Source: the human T2T-CHM13v2.0 reference genome, Homo sapiens
DNA: 64,000 bases
Reading direction: 5' to 3' (one strand)
Assembly (NCBI RefSeq): GCF_009914755.1
Contig: NC_060929.1
In this document: positions 1 to 12,500 of the stretch, one piece after another
Position numbering within the stretch: position 1 is the first letter of the stretch
Layout: the number at the start of each line of letters is the position of its first letter
The notes under the pieces: model-generated
What the model was told of the DNA's origin: nothing
The model's input: only the letters and a program-made list of their open reading frames with translations
Database searches by the model: none
Program-made: the position numbers and the translations under genes

Positions 1-1605
1 TCTATTGGCTGAGAAAAACTTTGATAACTCAAGAAAATAAAATCCACAACTCAGGGAAATAATGATTTAGGAAGAACTTAAGTTTCAGCTTTTTAAAAAG
101 TATCTCTATGTCCCTGATATTCCAAAAGGAAAATTTGGCAGATGCATGGGAGATACTAGGATCCCCTGATACCAAGACAGCGGAGCATTAGGTTGGGATG
201 GCTCAGGGTTCCAGGATCTGTGCCTAGTGTGGACCAGATTCCTCCATCAGGCCAACTCCATCAGGACACATAAATTCCTCCACAACAACAGGGAGAGTTT
301 CTCCTGGTGCTCCTTTGCTGCCTTCTTTCAATGATATTCAATGCTCAAGATCTTCTTTTGATGATGTTGAGAGACATGCACCTTCAGAAGTGGAGACCAA
401 TAGGAAAGACAATGCACATGATCTTGGTCATTTAATTACACCAGACTCAACCCTTCCATCTGGACAAGAAGCAGCTGCCCAGGCTCTGTTCTTCTACCTC
501 ATCCTCCTGTCAGATGGCACAGATGTGTCCCAGGGGAATGTTCCTGAGAAGCAAACCTTCTGTCATGCTCTCTTCTCTGGAAAGCCATCATGGACCTCCT
601 CAAGGATTCTTTCCTTGGGGATGGCCACGGCCCAGCACATCCTTCTCTGGCCACAAGAAACATGTCTTCACAAGTGCTGGATTTTGTCTTCTGTTCACAC
701 AACTTGAAAACAGAAGCAATGCACCTTCAGAATTGATCCTGCCTCCCAAGAAGCCTACTTCCAAAGATCAGAATCATAAAATGCATTTTTGCTGTCTTCG
801 TAAGCAATTTTGATATTTTGTCAGTTTCATTGCTATTAAGTGATCATTCCTTGCTTCAAATGAAAGCTAGAGAGAATTACAATTCTTATGATACTGTTTT
901 ATAACTGTAGATTACCTATATGTGAATTTTTAAGCAAATTGTTTCCATTTTATTCTATTTTTATGTAATTATACTATTTTTGTTGTTAAGTCCACTAAAA
1001 TAATTCAGAAACACAGCAAAAACTTTGTCTTCTAAGATATTTTTGAATATTTTCTCTTTTAGTTTTATTGCTCTTAAGTGATTATATAAGTACTCAAATG
1101 GGAACATGATAGAATTATAATTCTCAGGAGAGTGTTTTACAAACACACATCATATAAATGGAAGTTTTGTTAGTAAATTGCCTCCATTTTATTTGATTTC
1201 TGCATAAAGTACATTCTTTTCAACATTGCTATTTAACAAGTCTCTTCTGTTAGTCCAGAAAAATGGCAATAGTTTTATCTTCTAAAGTATTTTTCAATTT
1301 CTCTTCTTTAGTTTCTCTGTAGTAGTTATGGGATTACACAATTGCTCAAATGGAAGCTCAATAGAACTATCATTTTTAAGATAGTATTTATGAATTTATT
1401 TTTAAGTGAATTTTATTTTCTTCAATCTCTAGATAACATGAAGACAGCATTTCAATTGCTGATGTTTAACAAGTCCCCAGTAACTCCAACTGTAGTTGTA
1501 GTAAGAGCAGTTGTGTAAACACATGGAGACATTTGAAATTCAGTTTATTTCTGTATAGCTGGGGCTGAATTTACTCTAAATAATTAATATATTTATCTAA
1601 ACAAA
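1..1605 (+). pseudogene. Ancient processed pseudogene/retrocopy of CTAGE5 (MIA2 C-terminal part): end of coiled coil, proline-rich domain and 3'UTR; continues left of the window
   Basis: 8-142 translates to AEKNFDNSRK*NPQLREIMI*EELKFQLFKKYLYVPDIPKGKFGR, a gapless match (19/45 identical) to recalled CTAGE5 [45 protein letters not shown]. Further colinear blocks: IPPSGQLHQDT*IPPQQQGEF (238-300) vs [48 protein letters not shown] vs [33 protein letters not shown] vs RGPFLR; ENRSNAPSELILPPKKP vs EGRSEFPSGLIPPSNEP. No introns; stops and frame changes present. Right boundary is approximate. Confidence 0.85.
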
Positions 1606-1776
1606 TGTCAGTTTAAAAAGAGCTGTCTTAAAATAATTTCCTCTCCTGGGTGACTTAAAAGAGGCAATCTAGGAGAAAACTACATTCTTTTCTTCTGTCA
1701 ACCATGCTATGGATCCTTAGGGACCTGGGTTTTCTTTTAGGGAATCAAAATCTTACACCTATTAAAGGCAAAACAT

Positions 1777-2083
1777 GGCTGGGCATGGTGGCTCACGCCC
1801 GTAATCCCAGCACTTTGGGAGGCCAAGGTGGAAAGATTGCTTGAGCTCAGGATTTCAAGACCACCCTGGGTAACAAAGTGAGACCCTGTCTCTACAAAAA
1901 ACCCAAAATATTAGCTGAGTGTAGTGGTGCATGCCTGTGATCCCATCTACTCAGGAGGCTGAGGAAGGAGGATAGCTTGAGCCCCGAATGTCGAGGCTGC
2001 AGTGAGCTATAATTTTGCCACCGCACTCCAGCCTATGGGAACAGAGCAAGACCCTGTATCAAATTACAAAAAAAAAAAAAAAA
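1777..2083 (+). mobile_element. Alu (AluJ-like)
   Basis: Dimeric Alu, poly-A tail, TSD aaaggcaaaacat on both sides. Confidence 0.95.
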
Positions 2084-2667
2084 GGCAAAACATACCTTTA
2101 AAATAAAGGGGGGAAAATCTACCTATAATCTACTTTAAGTCTTCTGTGAAGTAGTATTGCACACTGATAGCTAAGATTGAGATTTCACTGTGGAGGGCAA
2201 TAGAAAAAAGCAGGTAACAATTTTTTTTCACATTCACGGTCTGTTTCTAACATATACATGCCTTCTTTTGAGGGATCTTTGTCTTAATGTTAGCAACTAC
2301 TACAGTTTGTGTCCCTGCAGGTGCCCAAGAAATGTTGAGTGAATTAAATTTCATTTTGAACCCAGAGATACTAATTAAACTGATTTTAAGTGATGTTTTA
2401 AAGATGAAAAAGGGCCAATGACTATATATTTCTCCACAAACGATGAATAAAATAGTTTTCAGAAAGTTTGGAGTGTGTGCTTAAAACTATATTTGGGGGG
2501 TGGCCTGATTTTTAAAATTTCCTGTAGCCACATTTTGGATTATTTCAAGGTCCAATGTGATACAAAAGTTGGAGAAATTGAAAATAAATTTTATAAAAAT
2601 TATAATGAAGAAATATACAGCATAGAAGAATAAAAGGGAAACAATAAAGGGTTAAAAGTACAGATTC

Positions 2668-2810
2668 CAGAGCTGTCCAGTTCAGCAGCCACTAGCCACA
2701 TGTGGCTATTGAGCATTTGAAATATGGCTAGCATGGACTGAGATGCATTGTGAGTATAAAGTACACAATGGATTTAACATGATTTAGTATAAAGAAAAGT
2801 CTGTGAAATC
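2668..2810 (+). mobile_element. hAT-Charlie MITE fragment (MER3/MER33-like)
   Basis: Palindromic tagccacatgtggcta followed by ttgagcatttgaaat, typical of this family. Confidence 0.7.
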
Positions 2811-4065
2811 TCTCTCTTTCTGTTTTCCCCCCATCAGAACTCTACTTTTGCATTCAGACAGGCAGGGGATGCCTCATCCTTTGAATACTGGCACATTAAG
2901 AGCAGTGACATAGGTAAGAACTGAACCCAAGCACTATAAGAGAGGATGTTAAGCAAGATCTAAAAATCAACGTGATCAACAAGAGCAGTAATCTTTTCTT
3001 TTCCAAGAAAAAAGAATGGAAGAAACAGAAGGTACTGGGCGCAATGTATTAAACACTGTGTTTTGAATGACTCGAGATTCTACGACTGCCTGGAGGGGTT
3101 TTGCTGGATCGGTGCAATGTCATGTGATTATTGGAAATTAATCCCTTTTTTCAAGAATTTTTCAAGAATTAGGTTAAGTTAGATTTGAGCAAACTTAATT
3201 ACCTTGCCAGGCATTTGTTTTTCAGAAACATAATAATCTATGTATTTGATTCAATTAGTAGTAGGCCCATGGGTTGTTCTGTAAATCACAAGTATGAAAT
3301 ACAGACTCTAAAATTCATTTATTGAGCAATTACCATCTTCTGGGCAATGACCTTGTGAGAGGAATACCATTATGCCTATTTTACTAATATGAGAAATAAA
3401 CCAAAAAGAGGTTAAGTAACCTGTCCAAAGAAATACACCAAGAAGTGGGGGAGCTGATTTGTACCCACAAATGGTTCTTCATTAATTCTCTTTCAGCTGG
3501 GAAAGATAATTTCAAATGTTAGCATATGTCCTGATTTTATCTTGTGTACATCATATTAAAACCCAGAAGGACTGGTTGGCCAATCGACATCATCCTTCAA
3601 ACTTTTCTCCCTCTCTCCCTTCACTCAATCTAGTCAACAATTAGAAGACAGAATCGAAGTGTGATTTGTTGATACCCAAAAAAGACTATGATGACTGAAG
3701 GAAATGTAGAGTACTCTAGATCACAAAAAATAATTCCTGCATGGTGATGGTGAGGGTTCAGTTCTCGTTCTCCCCATCACAATTCTATGTATATATGCCA
3801 TGAGGACAAACACTTGCAAATATAGGCAAACTGCTGATTGTGGGAGGGTGGGGCAGAGTGCAGAATGAATCAGCTATTAAGATAAATCATCTATTCAACT
3901 GTTAACCCCAGGCAAGCACAAAACCCACAGAATATTATGAAAGAATATTCTCAAGCACTAGGTGTTTTTAGGAATTCTAGAAACAAAGACTGAGATAGCA
4001 CTTGTTACAGACTATTTTTTTTAGAGCAGTTTTAGGTTCACAGCAAAACTGAAAGGTACATAGAT

Positions 4066-4330
4066 GGCTGGGGGCAGTGGCTCACACCTGTAATCCCAGC
4101 ACTTTGGGAGGTAGAGGCGGGCACATCACTTGAGGCCAGGAGTTCGAGACCAGCTTGGCCAACATGGCAAAACTCCCTCTCTACTAAAAACACAAAAATT
4201 CGGCGGGCGATAGTGGCATGTGCCTGTAATCCCAGCTACTCGGGAGGCTGAGGCAGGAGAATTGCTTGAACCCAGGGAGGGGGAGGTTACAGTGAGCCGA
4301 GATCGCACCACTGCACCCCAGCCTGGATGA
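4066..4330 (+). mobile_element. AluS lacking its 3' end and A-tail, inserted in an antisense old L1 3' fragment (~4010-4460)
   Basis: Alu body ends at gcctggatga; flanked by tacatagat/tacagagat; L1M-type sequence on both sides. Confidence 0.9.
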
Positions 4331-4683
4331 TACAGAGATTTCCCATATACCCACTACCCCATTCAGGAACAGCCTCCCCTACTACCAACATCCCCCATTG
4401 GAGTGGTACGTTTGTTACAATCAATGAACTTGTACTGACATATCATTATCACCCAAATATTATTAAACAATCTCTCCTTTTCTTACTTTTTTTGTGGTTA
4501 TTAGAAAATTTAAAATTACACATATGTGGCTTGCATTATATTTATCCTGGACAATGTTGCTCTAGAATCAACCTGCCTGGGTGTTAAATCCTCCACAAAC
4601 CTGAGGTATGACCTTAAACAGTTAACATCACCATGTCTCAGTTTCCTTATCTGCACAATGGGCTTAAAGACAATACTTTAAAG

Positions 4684-4996
4684 CAGCGGTCCCCAACCTT
4701 TTTGGCACCAGGGATCACATTTCTTGGAAGACAATTTTTCCTCGGAACAGGAGTGGGGGTGGGTAGATGGTTTCGGGATGAAATTGTTCCATCTCAGATT
4801 CTCATTAAGGAGTGCCCAACGTAGATCCCTCGCATGCGCAGTTCACAATAGGGTTCCTGTTCCCGCTCCTATGAGAATCTAATGCCACCACTGATCTGAG
4901 ATGGGACAGAGCTCTGTTGGTAATGCTCCTGCGCCATGCTCACCTCCTGCTGTGCAGCCCACTTCCCTTCTGTGGCCCAGTGGTTGGGGACCCCTG
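4684..4996 (+). mobile_element. MER1 (MER1B-like) hAT-Charlie DNA transposon inserted in a MIR
   Basis: Terminal inverted repeats cagcggtccccaacc...ggttggggacccctg; perfect 8-bp TSD ctttaaag (4676-4683, 4997-5004). Confidence 0.9.
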
Positions 4997-5732
4997 CTTT
5001 AAAGGATTAAGAGCATTTCTTAGACATACTGATGTTGGCATGTGCCAATGTTCAGTAATAATAGCAAGGGTACCAGCAAAATGATCAAAGAGTGAGCCTA
5101 TTCCGAGACAGAACAGAACTGGAAGTGGGATATAGTTGAAAAATGGAAGGATCACTAGAGCAGTTTATTAAAACACACACAAACAAAAACAATACAAAGC
5201 AAGCAGATAGCTAGTTAGTGTTTAAAGTTACATTTTCCAGGGTCATAAAAGCATCATTCCTATATCAGTTGTTACAGAGGAAATCTGGAGGAAATAGTGG
5301 CAGATTGCAGGTATGCTGACCATTGACTGAAAATAAAAATAAATACATCTACAAAGCAAGGACAATGATACATCTGTGGTTGTTAACTGGAGTCTTAGGC
5401 TTTCATCCCCCAGCTTTGCTGAGGATGCAGAAACTGAGTTAAGCCAACATCAGAGGCAGAGCACCGAGCAACAAAATCTGACTTTAAACAGATTGTTGCC
5501 AGTGATTTTCTCAAACCATAAGTAAAACACAGAATCTATAGTTTGCCCATTTTTTGTTTTGAGGCAAAAAGTTTTAATTTTATACCCATAAGGTTGTGAG
5601 AATTAAATAAAATATCACATCTATTATATTTACATGCATTAATAATAGCTTATTGGGAATATTATTATGGGAAAGTCATGAGGATAAAAAAGTTATAGTT
5701 TAGATTCACCATGTTTAAAATCATAATAATAC

Positions 5733-6083
<351 letters not shown>

Positions 6084-6099
6084 TCAGATTCAGACATTA

Positions 6100-6392
6100 A
6101 TTTTTTCTTAGAGTCAGGGTCCCATTCTGTCACCCAGGCTGGAGTGAAGTGGCATGCTCATGGCTCACTGCAGCCTTGAACTCCTGGGCTCAAGTGATTC
6201 TCACATCTCAGTCTCCTGAGTAGCTGGGACTACAGGCATGTGCCATCACTCCTGACTAAGTTTTTCTATTTTTAGTAGAGACAGGGTCTCACTTTGTTGG
6301 CCAGGCTGGTCTCAAACTCCTGGCCTGAAGTGATCCTTCTGTCTTAGCCTCCCAAAGTGCTGGGATTCCAGGAGTAAGCCACCACACCCAAC
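6100..6392 (-). mobile_element. AluJ-like
   Basis: Antisense Alu dimer, tail-to-tail with the preceding Alu. Confidence 0.92.
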
Positions 6393-8358
6393 CTCAGAAA
6401 GAGTAATTTTAAGAAAAAAATTAATGTAGAAATCACTGTTGATTTAAAATATGGAGCATTTCAAGATTGGAGAGTCATAAACTAATTTGGAACTATTTAA
6501 TACTTTTTACATTTGCTAGTAGCAGTGACAGCAGAAAATACATTTCCAAGTGGTAGAATTTAAAATTAATGTAAATCCAAAGAGCTAAGATATGAATGGA
6601 GAGGAAGAAAATGAGTGATTTTCTTATGGATAAAATGTGACTATCATTAAAAAATAGAGTGGGTGAATGAATAATAAATTAACTAGAATATTGAGATAAG
6701 GAAAAGTAATATTGAGACTTCTTAGGAAAGTAATTAACACTGTTAACTGTCAGTGTAGAATAACTTCAGGAGTGGCTAATAGGCCTACAGAGAGGGTCTC
6801 ATCCCTGAGAACCCTCCCCAGTACACAGGGACAAGCTCAGGCAGAACCTGATCCCTTAGGCAGAACTGATTGGTTCAGAGAAGGACATGTGGCCTAAGTG
6901 AGGCCAATAAGATTCTATCTCAGGATTTTGGAATTTGGAGCTGAGCAATACAGAAACTAGGAGTCAGAGTCATATGAATGGCAGTGTTCTTGAGAGAAGG
7001 TCTATGGATCTAGAATTTATTGTTGAGGATCTTGGACTCACCTTGACTCCTGGTTCAACGACAGGCATAACTGTGTCTGGTACTGTGCTCTTTCTAATAC
7101 TGCTCTCCTGCTTCCTCTCCCCAACTCCCTTTAGGCTCAAGCTAGCATGTTTAAGTTTCTGTTATTTAAAACCATAAATAATATTTCAAAACAAGTCACT
7201 TGAGGTAATATTTATACAGTAGCAAGAAAAAAATTACTACTTTGATGTTTTCAATAAAATTCTACATACTAAATGTAAATTTTCTATAAAATTTATTTAA
7301 GTATGAATGATGAAGCTCTGAAAATTCCAGGAGAGATATATGCAGATATCAGGGAAGTAATAATAGCTGTCAATAAAGAGGAAGAACATGAATTTTCCAT
7401 TTGGTTTTACGGATTACGTGATGCTTATGTTTCTCATTTTGCAAACGGAAGATTGATGGAAACTGTCAAAATCTAGCCCAGGCCCATAGGCTGTTGTCTG
7501 AGAACTATTAAACCATAGAGGCTCTGAAACACAGAACGTATTTATCTTTTTGTCTTTTGGCTATTCAATAAACTCATTTTTACAAATGGAATTGAGGTCA
7601 GGGGAAATTGATTGCCTCAAGGTCAGGAGGGCAATTTTAGGCAAGGCTGCTTCTAGAACCCTGTCTAATGCTCTTTGGAAATAAACACATTGTTAAAGAA
7701 ATGTCTCCTGAAGATTGGAAGCATAATGAATAAAACAAGGTAGCCTAGTCATTACAGATAGCTTATTGGTAATCAAAGCTTGCCTTGTTGTGTTGTAAAT
7801 GTTTAGATTGTAACTGTCTAAACATTTCATTGATATTTTTTGAAGCATGGGAGATATTAATTTATTCACTTATGAGTCACTGTGGATGTAAAAAAACAAA
7901 TAAATGAAATTACTTCATAATGTTAAATACTACAACATAACAATTTGATGTTCTTTTTTAAGATTTCATAGTGAATGTGATTAGGCAGCAATATATTATG
8001 CTAAAATTTTCATCTCAGAAATAGTTTCATTAGCCTAGAATTTGTGGGTTGGGACATTGTAATTATTATTCCATAAGTAAGAAGATACTATCTCTAATGC
8101 ACAAGACTTTGGATATAAAAGAGAAGCACACATTTTATTGTTCCTATTAAAACTGTGCATGGGACATCTATGGAAGGTCTGTTCCACCCTTTGACTGTGG
8201 GAAAATTTCTACTCTATATTCTTCTCTATAAATGATAATGAAATTAAATGAATGTAGATATTCTGCCACCCTGCAATCTTTACTAACTTTGAAGTTTTCA
8301 TTTTGTTTACTAAATAAAGAAAACTAATATATTAACCACCTGTGTCAAAGAAAAGTAG

Positions 8359-8694
<336 letters not shown>

Positions 8695-9282
8695 GAGTAC
8701 ATGTTATTTTTATAAATGAGAGAAAATGCATTTTACTGTTAGAATAAGTGGAATCAAGTCATGATAATGTTTTTCACTCCTGTTGGTAACTTTTCAGCCC
8801 TATATTTAGGTTAAGCTTGCTATATCATATTTATTCATTTATTTTGTTTTGTTTTGTTTGCTGTGTCATATATAGATATGTTTTGTTTTCAAAACGAAAA
8901 CAAAAAAATGCCTTTTTTTCTCATTGTAAAAGTAATACAGAGATTTCCAGTTCCAAGACAGTTCCAGTTGCACGTCTCCCTATTCTTCTGCTAAGTATAG
9001 CTAAAAATCCTGGACAGTATATGTAAAATAAATATAAGGGGACTCTGGAAGGTAGAAATAAGGCAGATTGGCTATTTACCTTAAAAAACATGCTAGCAAA
9101 TTCCTTGGGATTTCTTTTTGTTTCATATATCCCAGACTACGTACTGGCAATACAGGCAACCTAGAAATGCCAGGGGGTTCATGTAACACTCCCCCATCCC
9201 TACCCCAAGCCTGCTGTCTCTAGACAAAGGACCAGGAAAGGAACAGCCTGGTAAGGCAGAAAACATTTAGTTAATAACCACA

Positions 9283-10191
9283 TATGCAGAAAAGTTACCA
9301 TGGGAGGCCTAAGCCTGCCATCCTTAGAAATTCTTGCTTGCAAGATTGGTCTTTGGCTGGCATCTGGGAACATCCTACAGTTCCTATACAGATATGAAAC
9401 TTTCCCCAAATGATAAGAATGGCTCACTGAGACTAGACTGTTGGCAAACAATGTAGCTTCTGCTGCACAGCTGCTTTCCTTCTGAGAGTCTGCAGTTTTG
9501 ATAGGTGCAAGACAGTGGGTATCTACATGATGACATAGTTTGTCTGTGTCCCCATCCAAATCTTATCTTGAATTGTAATTCCCATAATTCCCACATGTCA
9601 AGGGAGGGTCCTGGTAGGAGGTGATTGGATCATCGGAGTGGTTTCCCCCATGCTGCTCTCATGATTGTGAGTGAGTTCTCATGAGATCTGATGATTTTCT
9701 AAGTGTCTGAATTTCCCCTGCTTGCACATACTCTCCTGCTGCCATGTGAAGAAAGTCTTTGCTTCCCCTTTACCTTCTGCCATGATTGTAAGTTTCCTGA
9801 GGCCAACCTAGACATGTGGAACTGTGAGTCAATTACACCTCTTTCCTTTATAAACTACCCAGTCTTGGGCAGTTCTTTATAGCAGCAGTGAAAGGGACTA
9901 ATACAATAATCAACTGTCCCCAAAACCTAGGGCACTGATTCTCTAATAATCTTCCTTTGTAGACACAATTCATGCCTGTTGTCACAGTTCCCTGTTAACA
10001 AAATTAAGTGTGCTCTGTATAATTTCCCTTGGAGAGAATCCTTAGAATCTTGGGCCTGGTTTCCTCCAGACTTCATTCCACGAGGCTATTCCTTTTGCTC
10101 ATTTTATTTGTGACAGGAACTATACGCTGAGTCCTGTGAGTCCTCCTAATGAAACGCTGAACCTGGGAGTGTTCTTGGAGACCTCTGACAC
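9283..10191 (+). mobile_element. Solo LTR (MER21-like) interrupted by an MST LTR
   Basis: Starts ...gcagaaaagttaccat..., ends gttcttggagacctctgacaca; family name from recall. Confidence 0.6.
9531..9905 (+). mobile_element. MaLR solo LTR (MSTA/MSTB)
   Basis: tgacatagtttgtctgtgtcccc...catgattgtaagtttcctgaggcc...gactaataca. Confidence 0.88.
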
Positions 10192-10431
10192 ACTGCCATA
10201 CTCCAACCAAATATCACAGAAAAAGGAGTGTTCCCACCCCCACCGATCAGTAGTAGCTGACTGGGAAGCCTAGACTTTCACCCTTGATGGACTATAGGGT
10301 CCTCTAAACCCCCACCAGGCTGGTTTCAGAGAAGGCTGAGTGGGAAGCCCAACTTTCACCATCTTCCAGTGGTAATGAGTCCCCCACACACCCTCCAAAG
10401 TGTCATTGGAGGCCACGTGAGGATATGACAG

Positions 10432-10911
10432 TGAAACAGCAAAAGAACTAACATAACTAATCCATTTTTTAAGGGGCCTTTACTCATTCCTGCATGTAGG
10501 CTAGGATAATTTTAGAACACTGAGATAATATGCAAAAACAGCAATCATGTAGTTTTAAAAATGAACTCTAGGATTAAAGGAGAAGTATGTAAACAGCTAA
10601 CTATATTTTGTTAAAGATTTATAGGAACATTTTCACATGACAAAGAAGTTCCCAACCACTGTGGACCCTCACTGGTGCCCAGATGTCTGTGGTTATTGGT
10701 CATCTCTTGATCTCAACTCCCTCCTTGTCCCCTTACCCTTACACAAAAAGAGCCTAAAATTTGTCTTGACTTAAGATGGTACTTTAGAATGATGGTCCAC
10801 CATCTTCTCAGTTAGCTGGCTATCTGAATAAATCTGCTTTTCCTTCCACCAACCATCATTTTTCATGTCTGGCTTTCAAGCAGTGAGCAGCTGAACCTAG
10901 GTTCAGTTACA
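10432..10911 (+). mobile_element. ERV1-class (MER4-group) solo LTR
   Basis: TG...CA ends, aataaa and a U5-like end gagcagctgaacctaggttcagttaca; subfamily not determined. Confidence 0.6.
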
Positions 10912-11976
10912 TGGGGCAGTAATGAGGCATCCCTCTCCCTCCCAACCAGGGTGGTATCAGTGGAGGCCTAGTGGGGAGCCTGAACTCCCAACCCTGCTCA
11001 GCAGTAATGAGATACCTTCCCCACCAACCTAGGTTGTCAAGGGAGGCCTGATGGAGAGCTTTGACTCTCTCCCTAGTCAGAGAGGTTGGAGGTGGCATCT
11101 CCCTTCTCCTAACAATTCAGTGTCAGAGGAAGCCTGCTGAAACAGAAAATTTAAATAAGATTCAGCACCAAGATAATACAGATGTTGGAATGACGTTATC
11201 CTAGCCTACATGAAGGGTTTTAAAGCAGTCATCATAAAAATGCTTCAATGAACAACTAAGAACATGCTCAAAATGAATAAAAAGTGTTAGCAAAGGAATA
11301 GAAGGTATAAAGAAAAATAGATGGAGATTTTAGAACTGAAAAATACAATATCCCAAAAAAAATCAATGGATGGAAGAATGGAGGGGACAGAAGAAAGAAT
11401 GAGCCTGAAGATAGAACAAGAGAAGTTATCTAATCTGAACAATGGAGAAAAAAATGGACTGAAAAAAAATGAACTGAGGTTCAGGGACCTGTAGACTATA
11501 CCAAAATATCTAACATTTGCACTGTCAGAGCCCTGGAAGGAGAGGAGAAAGAGGGTAGACCTCAAAAAGTGTTTAAAGAATTCATGTTTGAAAATTGCCC
11601 AAATTTGGCTAAAGACATAAGCTTACAGGTTAAAGAAGCTGAGTGAACCCCAAACAAGATAAACACAAATAAATCCCCATCATGACACATCATTAGTCAA
11701 ACTTTTGAAAACTAAAGACAAAAGATAAAAATATTGAAAGCAGCAAAAGGGAAACAATGGCTTATGAGTAGAGTAGAAAACAATTAGAAAGTCACAGGAT
11801 TTCTCATCTAAGACATTGGAGGCTAGAAGAAAGAAGCACATTTTTCAAGTGCCAAAAGAAAAGAACAGCCAGCCCAGAATTCTGTATGCAGTGAAAATAT
11901 GCGTCAGGAATAAAGCGGAAATCAAGACATTCTCAAATGAAGGAAGACTAAGAGCTTTTGTTGCTAGCAGACCTAC

Positions 11977-12500
11977 TGTGATGGTTAATTTTAGATGTCA
12001 ATCTGACTTGATTAAGGAATACCTAGAAACCTGGTAAAGCATTATTTTTGGGTGTGTCTGTGAAGATGCTTCCAGCAAAGATTAGTGTGTGGGTCTGAGT
12101 GGACTAGCTGGGGGAGATCCACCCGCAATGTGGGCAGGCACCATCCAATCTGCTAGGGGTTCAGAAAGAACAAAAACAGAGAAAAGGTGAATGTGTCACT
12201 CTATCTGCCAGAACTGGGATGCACTTTTTCCTTTCTTGTCCTAGGAAAACAACTCCAGGCTCCCCAGCCTTTGAACTCTAGGACTTACACAAAAGTCACC
12301 CTCCCTCCCCAACCAACTGGGTTCTCAGACCTTTGTCCTTGGACTCGGAGTTACATCACTGACTTCCCTGGTTCTGCAGCCTTGGAGCTTAGACCCCGCC
12401 ACACTACCAGCATCCCAGAGCCTCCAGTTTGCAGACGACCTGTCAAGAGATTTCTCAGCCTCCACAATTGTGTGAGCCAATCCCTCTAATAAATCCCCTT
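11977..12500 (+). mobile_element. ERVL LTR MLT2 (MLT2B-like), 3'-truncated
   Basis: Starts tgtgatggttaattttagatgtcaa...; ends near aataaatcccc. Confidence 0.85.

Noticed and set aside
315-813. ORFs of 130 and 99 aa as a novel protein-coding gene
   Set aside because: They are frameshifted pieces of the CTAGE5 retrocopy, with upstream in-frame stops.
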